From a virus, in IMG/VR virus record IMGVR_UViG_3300037472_000016, positions 1 to 64,000 of that record: a DNA stretch of 64,000 nt. One strand, given 5' to 3'. Shown in pieces: positions 56,251-64,000 of the stretch (positions within the stretch are counted from its first letter, which is position 1; every line of letters begins with the position of its first letter). A program made the translations under genes and the position numbers. The notes below the pieces were generated by a model. It was not told where the DNA came from. It was given only the letters and a program-made list of their open reading frames with translations, and searched no databases.

Positions 56251-59200
56251 TTGACTAGTTACGTACCACTACACGTTCACTCCGATTTCAGCCTATTTGA
56301 TGGTATTGCAAAGCCCCAAGAGTATGTAGACCGAGCCGTATCTCTGGGCATGAGCGCAATCGCTCTAACCGATCACGGCACCTTGTCTGGTCACAGGCAG
56401 ATGTACCGTGCTGCAAAAGAGGCAGGCATCAAGCCCATCTTGGGAATTGAGGGGTATATTACCAAAGACCGACTTGAGCACACAGACAAGAAGGCGCTTA
56501 ACGACCCTCTTGACCTAAACTACAACCACTTGATTATTCTGGCAAAGGATGCCAAGGGTCTAGAGAATGTCAACAAGCTAAACGAGTTGGCATGGACAGA
56601 AGGCTTTTACCGGAAGCCCAGGATTGACTGGAAGATTCTGGAGAAGTTCAAAGAGGGCTTAATCATTACCTCTGGATGCCTCAGCGGAGTGTTGGCAAAA
56701 GCCATTGAGTCAGATAACCTTGCATATGCTAAGGACCATATTCTCTGGGCCAAGAAGGTATTCGGAGATGACTACTACATCGAGGTCATGCCTCACAACC
56801 CAGCAGAGATTAACCACATTCTTCTGGAGCTTGCCGATGAGTTTAAGATCAAGGCTGTCGTTACTCCAGACTGCCACCACTCAGGGCCAGAGCAAAAAGA
56901 AATCCAGGAGCTAAAGCTAATCCTGAACTCTTTCAGCAACAAGGTTATTCGTGGAACAACGTATGAAGAGTCTGCAAAGATTGACGACATGATGAAGCGT
57001 CTGGACTACCTCTACGGTGAGGACCGTCAAATGACCTTTAACAAGTTTGACATTCACTTGTTGTCAGACGAAGAGATGCACATTGCTATGAAAGCGCAGG
57101 GTATTGATCGAGAAGACATTTACCAAAATACCCTAGAGATTGCCGACAAGATTCAAGACTATAACATCAAAGATAACCTTGACCTTCTTCCAGCACAGTA
57201 CCCCAAGCCCAATGAAGAACTTCGAAGCCTGTCTTTGGAGGGACTTAAGGCTCTAGGGTTCGAGGGCAACGAAGAGTATCTTGCAAGGCTTGAGGAAGAG
57301 CTACAGGTCATCTCAGACAAGAACTTTGCTCCGTACTTTTTGGTAGTAAGAAACATGATTGTTTGGGCCAAGAAAGAGGGAATCCTTGTAGGGCCAGGCC
57401 GAGGTTCAGCCGCAGGCTCGCTCCTTTGCTATGCTCTGGGGATTACAGACATTGACCCCATCAAGCATGGACTGCTCTTCTTTCGGTTCATCAACCCAGA
57501 CAGAAACGACTTCCCCGATATCGATACTGATATCCAGGACTCTCGTCGTGACGAGGTAAAAGACTACCTGGTTCGCCAGTACCGCCACGTTGCATCAATT
57601 GCCACCTTTATGCAATTCAAGGGTAAGGGAATGATTAAGGACATTTCTCGTGTTCTTAATATCCCTCTTGCAGACGTAAACAAGGTTAACAAGACGATTG
57701 ATACCTGGGAAGACTTCTGCTACTCCAAGCAGACAGAGTGGTTCAGGGACAAGTATCCAGAGATAGAGAAGTATGGAGAGCTTCTGCGCGGTAGGATTCG
57801 CGGTACAGGAATCCATGCGGCAGGAATTGTTACCTCTCGTGAGCCTATCTTCAAGATTGCTCCTCTAGAGACTCGTACAGACCCAAAGACCAAGCAGAGA
57901 ATTCCTGTTGTTGGTGTTGACATGGAAGAGGCTGAGAGAATTGGCCTCATCAAGCTTGATGCTCTTGGTCTTAAGACTCTGACTGTCATTGATGATGCAA
58001 TCAAGATCATCGCAGAGCGTCATGGAGAGAAGATTGTTCTTCTTGATATCGACATGCACGACAAGAGGGTTTACGAAATGCTTTCTTTCGGACACACTAA
58101 GGGAGTCTTCCAGTGTGAGGCCGCTCCCTACACGAACCTACTAGTCAAGATGGGTGTCAAGGATTTCAACGAACTTGCAGCATCTAACGCTCTGGTTCGA
58201 CCAGGAGCTATGAACACAATCGGAAAAGACTACATTGCTCGCAAGCACGGGAAGCAGAAGATTTCATTCAGCCACACTGTGCTAAAAGAGTTTACGTCTG
58301 ATACCTATGGTTGTATTCTGTACCAGGAGCAGGTCATGCAGGCCTGTGTCCAACTTGGTGGAATGAGCATGGTAGAGGCTGACAAGGTTCGCAAGATTAT
58401 TGGCAAGAAGAAAGATGCCAAGGAGTTTGACGAGTTCCAGGATAAGTTTGTTGCCGGTGCCACACAGTTTATTGGTAAGACTGCTGCTGAGGATATGTGG
58501 CATGACTTTGAGGCTCACGCAGGGTACTCATTCAACAAGTCACACGCTGTAGCATACTCAACCCTTTCCTATTGGACTGCATGGCTCAAGTTCTACTACC
58601 CAATTGAGTTCATGTTCTCAATCCTAAAGAACGAGAAAGACAAGGATGACAGGACCGAGTATCTTATTGAGGCAAAGCGTATGGGCATTCCTGTTCGACT
58701 TCCCCATGTCAATGAGTCAGACCTTGACTTTAAGATTGAGGGCAAGGGGATTCGATTCGGTCTTACTGGAATCAAGTACATATCTGACAACATTGCGTCT
58801 AAGTACATTGCTCAGCGCCCCTTTGCATCTTACAAAGAGCTTGAGGAGTTTACCTTCACCAAGGGCAGTGGGACAAACAGTCGTGCGCTGGCATCGATGA
58901 AGTTAATCGGTGGTGCTACGTTTGATGACAATCCTCGTAATGATTTTGAGATTAAAGAGAACCTTTACGAGTACTTGGGGTTGCCAGAGTTTAACCTCTC
59001 TGTTCCTCCCCACTACCATGCCTTCATTAGCCCTGTAGAGGACTATGAGGAGAAGGGAGCCTTTATCCTCATGGGCATGGTGAAAGAGGTTAAGAGGGGC
59101 AAGGGTTGGACTAGGATAGAGCTTCTAGACAAGACTGGCTCGACTGGTATTTTTGATATCGAGGGTAGCACCATTGAGCCTGGAAAGACTTACATGATTC

Positions 59201-59544
59201 TTGCCAGTGACAATCGTGTAATGGAAGCCATTCCATCGGAAGATATCAAGGCGTCGAAGTCTAATCTAATTAAAATGCTTAACTACAAGCAGTTGCCATT
59301 CTCTGGTGAAGAACTCTTTGTGGTAGCCTTTAATGTCAGAGTGACAAAGACAACTGGTAAAAAAATGGCTAACCTCGTGGTTGCAGATACCTCTAGAGAC
59401 CTAAAGTCTATAGTCGTGTTCCCCATGCAATTTGCGAAGGCATATATGAAAATTGAAGAGGGCAAGGCCTATAACCTTGAACTTGGACAAGCAAAAGACG
59501 GAACAATAACACTAGCCAACATCTTGGAGGATGCGAATGTTTGA
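56251..59544 (+). CDS. dnaE: DNA polymerase III alpha subunit
   Basis: LHVHS, TDHG, GRGSAAGS, PDIDTD, YSFNKSH. Confidence 0.96.
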   Translation: MTSYVPLHVHSDFSLFDGIAKPQEYVDRAVSLGMSAIALTDHGTLSGHRQMYRAAKEAGIKPILGIEGYITKDRLEHTDKKALNDPLDLNYNHLIILAKDAKGLENVNKLNELAWTEGFYRKPRIDWKILEKFKEGLIITSGCLSGVLAKAIESDNLAYAKDHILWAKKVFGDDYYIEVMPHNPAEINHILLELADEFKIKAVVTPDCHHSGPEQKEIQELKLILNSFSNKVIRGTTYEESAKIDDMMKRLDYLYGEDRQMTFNKFDIHLLSDEEMHIAMKAQGIDREDIYQNTLEIADKIQDYNIKDNLDLLPAQYPKPNEELRSLSLEGLKALGFEGNEEYLARLEEELQVISDKNFAPYFLVVRNMIVWAKKEGILVGPGRGSAAGSLLCYALGITDIDPIKHGLLFFRFINPDRNDFPDIDTDIQDSRRDEVKDYLVRQYRHVASIATFMQFKGKGMIKDISRVLNIPLADVNKVNKTIDTWEDFCYSKQTEWFRDKYPEIEKYGELLRGRIRGTGIHAAGIVTSREPIFKIAPLETRTDPKTKQRIPVVGVDMEEAERIGLIKLDALGLKTLTVIDDAIKIIAERHGEKIVLLDIDMHDKRVYEMLSFGHTKGVFQCEAAPYTNLLVKMGVKDFNELAASNALVRPGAMNTIGKDYIARKHGKQKISFSHTVLKEFTSDTYGCILYQEQVMQACVQLGGMSMVEADKVRKIIGKKKDAKEFDEFQDKFVAGATQFIGKTAAEDMWHDFEAHAGYSFNKSHAVAYSTLSYWTAWLKFYYPIEFMFSILKNEKDKDDRTEYLIEAKRMGIPVRLPHVNESDLDFKIEGKGIRFGLTGIKYISDNIASKYIAQRPFASYKELEEFTFTKGSGTNSRALASMKLIGGATFDDNPRNDFEIKENLYEYLGLPEFNLSVPPHYHAFISPVEDYEEKGAFILMGMVKEVKRGKGWTRIELLDKTGSTGIFDIEGSTIEPGKTYMILASDNRVMEAIPSEDIKASKSNLIKMLNYKQLPFSGEELFVVAFNVRVTKTTGKKMANLVVADTSRDLKSIVVFPMQFAKAYMKIEEGKAYNLELGQAKDGTITLANILEDANV

Positions 59545-59854
59545 AGAATTATCTAACGAAATTCATAGAAATGCGGTAGACAAGGGCTTCTGGCCTGAGA
59601 AGGTTGACGATATCTTCATCACCAAGCAGTTGATGATGATTGTCTCAGAAGCGGTAGAGGTCATGGAGGCTATTCGTAAGAGCCAGGGCAAGAGGGCTGT
59701 AGCAGACGAAATGGCAGACATTATCATCCGTACCTTGGACCTGCACGCAGGACTCCTAGAGCATGGCTATACAGACACCTCGCTGGCAGAAGCAGTCATG
59801 CACAAAGCGGCTGTCAATGTAAAGCGACCAGCACTGCATGGGGTCAAGTTCTAG
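59531..59854 (+). CDS. MazG-like nucleotide pyrophosphohydrolase
   Basis: SEAVEVMEA.RK...DEMADIIIR.LD. Confidence 0.8.
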   Translation: MRMFEELSNEIHRNAVDKGFWPEKVDDIFITKQLMMIVSEAVEVMEAIRKSQGKRAVADEMADIIIRTLDLHAGLLEHGYTDTSLAEAVMHKAAVNVKRPALHGVKF

Positions 59855-60867
59855 TGGCTGTTACGGCGGCAGAGGTATTGGCCCAACTAAACCCAAAGCT
59901 TAAGAAGCTAATCACCACAGGAGACTCTGTAGAGGCCACAGAGTACCAAAAGACACCAAGCTTTGGCTTGAATCGTGCTCTAGGTGGGGGCCTTCCCTAT
60001 GGTCGGCAGGTTCTCATCTGGGGAAACAAGTCAGCGGGCAAGTCTTCGTTCTGTTTGCAGATGGTTGCAGACGCTCAGAAGGAAGGCAAGCTTTGCGCCT
60101 GGATTGATTCGGAAATGTCTTTTGACGCTGAGTGGGCAAACCGTTTAGGGGTGGACGCTTCTGACCTCATCTATTCACAAGCCAGGACAATCAACGACAT
60201 GGTAGACATTGGTGCCCACCTAATGGAAGCGGGAGTAGATTTGGTTGTTGTTGACTCAATCTCCGCTCTATTGCCAGCTATCTATTTTGAGAAAGATTCT
60301 GCTGACCTTAAGCAGCTTGAGAACACCAAGCAGATCGGTGCTGAGTCGAGAGACTTCTCGAATGCCTGGAAGATGCTTAATTATGCAAACAACAAGAACA
60401 GCAAGACCTTGTTCGTAATCATTAGTCAAGCAAGAAACCAGATCAACGCCATGTACACTATGGCGGCACCGATGGGCGGTAACGCAACAAAGTTTTACTC
60501 TTCAACAATCGTAAAGCTATTCTCTTCTGAGTCAGACAACCAGGCCATTAAGGGAAAGGTTGCCGTAGGAGACAAGCTGATTGAGCACAAGGTGGGTAGA
60601 AAAGTTAATTGGGATGTTCAGTTCTCCAAGACCTCTCCGGGCTTCCAGAACGGCTCCTATGACTTCTATTTCCGTGGGGACAAGATTGGTGTAGACACCG
60701 TTGGTGACCTTGTGGACACGGCAGAGCTTGCTGGACTGGTTAATCGAACTGGTGCTTGGTACCAGCTTGAGGACGGCACAAAGGTCCAGGGTAGAGATGG
60801 ATTCGTAAAGCGAGTAAGTGAAGACAAAGAGCTATACAACTCACTAATGGAGCAACTAAATGGCTAA
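59854..60867 (+). CDS. recA: RecA-like recombinase
   Basis: GGGLP.GR, GNKSAGKS, VVDS, GGNA.KFY, GAWY. Confidence 0.92.
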   Translation: MAVTAAEVLAQLNPKLKKLITTGDSVEATEYQKTPSFGLNRALGGGLPYGRQVLIWGNKSAGKSSFCLQMVADAQKEGKLCAWIDSEMSFDAEWANRLGVDASDLIYSQARTINDMVDIGAHLMEAGVDLVVVDSISALLPAIYFEKDSADLKQLENTKQIGAESRDFSNAWKMLNYANNKNSKTLFVIISQARNQINAMYTMAAPMGGNATKFYSSTIVKLFSSESDNQAIKGKVAVGDKLIEHKVGRKVNWDVQFSKTSPGFQNGSYDFYFRGDKIGVDTVGDLVDTAELAGLVNRTGAWYQLEDGTKVQGRDGFVKRVSEDKELYNSLMEQLNG

Positions 60868-61030
60868 GTACACGGTATACCAGGGCGACCTAAAGTGCAG
60901 CAAGTGCCCAATGGACGTAAGGTCTTTTAGGCACTATCCCAATGCAGCAACACTTAGCTGGGCCTGTCCTGATAAGCATGTAACAGAGGTAAGCCTTAAG
61001 ACAAGAAAGAATCGTGAGGACTTTGACTGA
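60860..61030 (+). CDS. 56-aa zinc-ribbon protein
   Basis: Manual translation, CSKC...WACPDKH; fills the gap with overlaps on both sides. Confidence 0.7.
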   Translation: MAKYTVYQGDLKCSKCPMDVRSFRHYPNAATLSWACPDKHVTEVSLKTRKNREDFD

Positions 61031-61328
61031 GCGAGGAGAGGCCAACAGGATAGGGGCCAAGTTACAGAAAAACAGTGGCCGTGGCAAGATTCAAAAGGGC
61101 GATGCCCGTTGGCACAACTTCATTGTAGACTTCAAGGAGTTTGGTAAAAGCTTTTCCTTGAGCAAGGATGTTTGGGCAAAGGCATCAACGGATGCCATGC
61201 GCCAGCAGTCAGACCCCATGATTATTGTCGTCTTGGGTTCACCCGATGAATCAAAGACTAGGTTAGCAGTTGTAGAGTTGGCTCTGCTAGAACAGATGTT
61301 AGATGAGTTACAAGATACTAAGACATGA
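61023..61328 (+). CDS. PD-(D/E)xK Holliday-junction-resolvase-like nuclease
   Basis: NSGRG..KGD......DFK...SFSL...W.K. Confidence 0.65.
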   Translation: MTERGEANRIGAKLQKNSGRGKIQKGDARWHNFIVDFKEFGKSFSLSKDVWAKASTDAMRQQSDPMIIVVLGSPDESKTRLAVVELALLEQMLDELQDTKT

Positions 61329-61359
61329 GAGACCCTAGGATTGGTGTATAATTATTAAT

Positions 61360-61674
61360 ATGCAAGAAAACACAGATGGTCAGACTACTATCGACATGGT
61401 AAATGGTCTAGCAGATATTGCGGATTACATGAATGATAAAGAGCTTACCGATGCTCTAGTCATGATATCTAAACTAATTATAAAGCCAGATATCCCTCTA
61501 AACATAGCGACGATTGAAATTGTGAGACTACAAGCGATTGCAGCAAAAATGTCATTTAGGGCTACCTGGTTAACTAACGTCGATAAGACAGATAGGGCAC
61601 GCAAGAATATATATTACACTGCTGCTGAGAGCATCAACAACTTAGTTTCAGCACTAAAGTATATTCTTCGCTAG
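61360..61674 (+). CDS. Hypothetical helical protein
   Basis: 104 aa; leaderless promoter. Confidence 0.7.
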   Translation: MQENTDGQTTIDMVNGLADIADYMNDKELTDALVMISKLIIKPDIPLNIATIEIVRLQAIAAKMSFRATWLTNVDKTDRARKNIYYTAAESINNLVSALKYILR

Positions 61675-61681
61675 GAAAATT

Positions 61682-62476
61682 ATGAAAAATCTAATCAGTG
61701 AAGTAATGGAGCGACCAGTTCGGGTAAAGAAAGACCCAATCGACCCAGAGGGCATCATTGCAAAGATCAGAGAGGGGTACACAGTAAACCGTGGCCCCAA
61801 GTATCAGCAGAAGAAAAGCTTTGCACCGTCCACTGTGGCATACTCTCACGGAGAATGCGCCAGGTACTGGTACTTAGCTTTTGAGGGCGGAGTCTTTGAG
61901 GACAACGCAGATGCTTTTGCTGGTGCCAACATGACTAACGGAACAAAGTCTCACGAGCGAATCCAGCAGGCTATGGCTGATTCTGGAATGCTTGTAGATT
62001 CTGAGTTCAAGGTCATCAGCCAAGACCCTCCAATTTTCGGGTATGGAGATGTTCTTTTAGACTGGCAAGGAGAAGTCCTTCTAGGAGAAATTAAGACCAT
62101 GATGAATGAAGGCTTCGAGTATCGCAAGATTAACGAGAGGCCCAAAGCAGGACACCTTATTCAGCTTCTCATTTACATGAAGATTCTTAATAAGCAAAAG
62201 GCAGTCCTCATTTATGAAAACAAGAACAACCACGAGTTGCTGGTTCTTCCTGTTGAGATGAATGAGTATTACAAAAAGTGGGTAGACCAAGCATTTGAGT
62301 GGATGCGAGAGGTTCGTACTGCGTGGGAAGAAAAGACCCTTCCAGTAAAGAACTATCGATCAAACTCAAGAATCTGCAAGACTTGTCCTTTGTACAAGAT
62401 TTGTGCAGAAGCTGGAACTGGAGAGATCAAGATTAAGTCTCTGGAGCAGATAGATGAAAAGCTGTCAGTGGTGTGA
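61682..62476 (+). CDS. Cas4-like PD-(D/E)xK exonuclease
   Basis: C.R, G...HE, D...EIKT, Q...Y, CxxC.....C. Confidence 0.8.
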   Translation: MKNLISEVMERPVRVKKDPIDPEGIIAKIREGYTVNRGPKYQQKKSFAPSTVAYSHGECARYWYLAFEGGVFEDNADAFAGANMTNGTKSHERIQQAMADSGMLVDSEFKVISQDPPIFGYGDVLLDWQGEVLLGEIKTMMNEGFEYRKINERPKAGHLIQLLIYMKILNKQKAVLIYENKNNHELLVLPVEMNEYYKKWVDQAFEWMREVRTAWEEKTLPVKNYRSNSRICKTCPLYKICAEAGTGEIKIKSLEQIDEKLSVV

Positions 62477-62747
62477 GAACGCCTTCGTAGCAAGAGTAAA
62501 GTATCAGATATATTGTTCTGACTCTTGTAGGGAAGGTGCTACCAAGCAAAAGATTGCAGACCGCTACGCGATTGCGAGGCGCACGAGGCTAATGTCTAAG
62601 ACTAGGCTTTGTGCGTCTTGCAAGCTTCCCCTGTCGGCATACAACGACGAAGAAGTTTGTCAGGCTTGCTTGGTAAATCCAAAAGATGTAAAGAAAGCAC
62701 TTAAAGAAATTAAATCAATCTCTAGGGGAGGGAGCAGAAATGAGTAA
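62454..62747 (+). CDS. Cys-rich zinc-finger protein
   Basis: Four CxxC-type pairs. Confidence 0.7.
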   Translation: MKSCQWCENAFVARVKYQIYCSDSCREGATKQKIADRYAIARRTRLMSKTRLCASCKLPLSAYNDEEVCQACLVNPKDVKKALKEIKSISRGGSRNE

Positions 62748-63300
62748 GAAAATCTGTTCCATTGACGCTAGTACAAACAACATAGCTTTTGCTCTCTTTG
62801 ATTCAAATACTTTGTTGATGGTTGGAAAGATAAACTTTGTTGGAAGAAACACTTACGAAAAAGTTGCAGACTCGGCCAAGAAGATTAGAGACTTTTTTGC
62901 CCTAGAGCTTATGCAAGGCATAGATGCCATTGTCATTGAGCACACGGTATTTATGAACAGTCCCAAGACTTTGGCTGACCTTACCCTGGTTCAGGGCGCG
63001 GTATTGGGAGCGGCCTCCACAGCGGGGGTACCAGTCATAAAGAGTACAAACCCTATGGCTTGGCAGTCCTTCATTGGTAACAACCGATTGACAAAGGCAG
63101 AACAACAAGAGATTAAGGACTTCTATCCAGGTAAAACAGAGGCTTGGTACAAGAAGGCTTCCCGAGAAGTTAGAAAGCAGAGAACAATAGAGTTTGTGGA
63201 AGAGCACTACGGTAGGGTAGTATTGGACAATGATGTGTCTGATGCAATCGGAGTTGGACACTATGCCGTTCACAACTGGGAGAAGCTAAACAATGGCTAA
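62740..63300 (+). CDS. RuvC-like Holliday junction resolvase
   Basis: SIDAST, VIE, P..W, K, DNDVSDAIG. Confidence 0.8.
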   Translation: MSKKICSIDASTNNIAFALFDSNTLLMVGKINFVGRNTYEKVADSAKKIRDFFALELMQGIDAIVIEHTVFMNSPKTLADLTLVQGAVLGAASTAGVPVIKSTNPMAWQSFIGNNRLTKAEQQEIKDFYPGKTEAWYKKASREVRKQRTIEFVEEHYGRVVLDNDVSDAIGVGHYAVHNWEKLNNG

Positions 63301-63448
63301 TAAGCTATACCAGTCTGAGGCCTGGCTCCGCAAACGCTTTCATCTTGATAGAAAAACACCAGAGCAAATAGCCGCTGAGTGCGGAGCAAGTGTAGAAACC
63401 ATTTACGTTTATTTGGCAAAATTTAAATTAAGGAAAAGTAGAAGATGA
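63293..63448 (+). CDS. 51-aa HTH protein
   Basis: WLRKR...TPEQIAAECGASVETIYVYL. Confidence 0.75.
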   Translation: MANKLYQSEAWLRKRFHLDRKTPEQIAAECGASVETIYVYLAKFKLRKSRR

Positions 63449-63777
63449 CATTTGATGTTTACGAACCAAGAAAAAGTGCTACCCGGTATGCAAAAATGGG
63501 GCCTCCCTTTCAGCACTCTCCCGCAGAAGTATTTCAGCAGGCAGCAGAAGACCTGGTTAATCGCCCGACGCACTACACAAGCCACCCTAGCGGCGTAGAG
63601 GCAATCCAGATTACTCGGCACTATGACTTTGCCATTGGAAATGCAATTAAGTATTTGTGGAGGGCTGGACTAAAGAAAGACCAAAGCAAGAAAGACAGAG
63701 ACAAAGAGGTGGAGGACTTGAAGAAGGCGGTCTTCTATATCAATGACAAGATTGCTACTCTTGAGGGTAAAGCATAA
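63445..63777 (+). CDS. DUF3310 family protein
   Basis: VN.P.HY, GNAIKY.WR...K, EDL.KA..Y. Confidence 0.85.
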   Translation: MTFDVYEPRKSATRYAKMGPPFQHSPAEVFQQAAEDLVNRPTHYTSHPSGVEAIQITRHYDFAIGNAIKYLWRAGLKKDQSKKDRDKEVEDLKKAVFYINDKIATLEGKA

Positions 63778-64000
63778 TGGGTCGCCACAAGAAAGTGGCG
63801 GTACAGCCACCACCGTCTATTTTTATTAAGGACACCTCGCCCTTAACGCTACCCTCTGGCGGAGTGCTAGAACAGGGAGACGTATTCCGGGTACACGGAG
63901 AGTACGGAACAAGGTTTAAGTTTTTTAGTCTTACCACCAATAAAGAAACAGGTGTTTCTTGGGTGGACTGCTTTGAGGTCTACAAGCTTAGAAGCGGTGT
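63777..64000 (+). CDS. Hypothetical protein, truncated by the window end
   Basis: Open from ATG 63777 to the end of the window. Confidence 0.65.
   Translation, partial: MGRHKKVAVQPPPSIFIKDTSPLTLPSGGVLEQGDVFRVHGEYGTRFKFFSLTTNKETGVSWVDCFEVYKLRSG

Noticed and set aside
53016-60867. Inteins or introns in dnaB, dnaE and recA
   Set aside because: Normal lengths, contiguous motifs, no intein splice-junction signatures seen
61682-62476. CRISPR-Cas locus
   Set aside because: Solo Cas4-like exonuclease in a recombination operon; no cas1/cas2 and no array
1-64000. tRNA genes, integrase, alternative genetic code
   Set aside because: No cloverleaf or recombinase motifs noticed by eye (tRNAscan not run); conserved genes read through intact in code 11

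Overview
A 64-kb segment of a large tailed dsDNA phage with siphovirus-type morphogenesis genes. The host is most likely an actinobacterium, inferred from the amidase+CW_7 endolysin, the DnaE/RecA replication set, and extended -10 leaderless promoters. Positions 1-7.5 kb hold about 30 very small leftward early genes, many missed by the ORF track, separated by repeated regulatory cassettes. Positions 7.5-8 kb are the non-coding strand switch. Positions 8-23 kb encode a holin-like protein, collagen-like fibres/adhesins and the endolysin. Positions 23-52 kb encode portal, protease/scaffold, capsid, neck, tail tube, two chaperones, tape measure, tail tip, a fibre and a GH5 hydrolase. Positions 52-64 kb encode replication/recombination genes (DnaB, primase, SSB, DnaE, MazG-like, RecA, Cas4-like, RuvC-like). 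I saw no terminase, integrase, tRNA, CRISPR array or reverse transcriptase. Strongest system candidate: early intergenic DNA made of arrays of up to 8 hexamers in exact 11-bp register. These resemble host OmpR-family (MtrA, PhoP/MprA) boxes and are mostly anchored on a GCCCGGCC octamer. Other highlights are a gpG/gpGT chaperone pair made by gene duplication instead of frameshifting, a circularly permuted GH5, and a hairpin sRNA candidate complementary to replication-gene ribosome-binding sites. Family names are recognised by eye; no database search was run.
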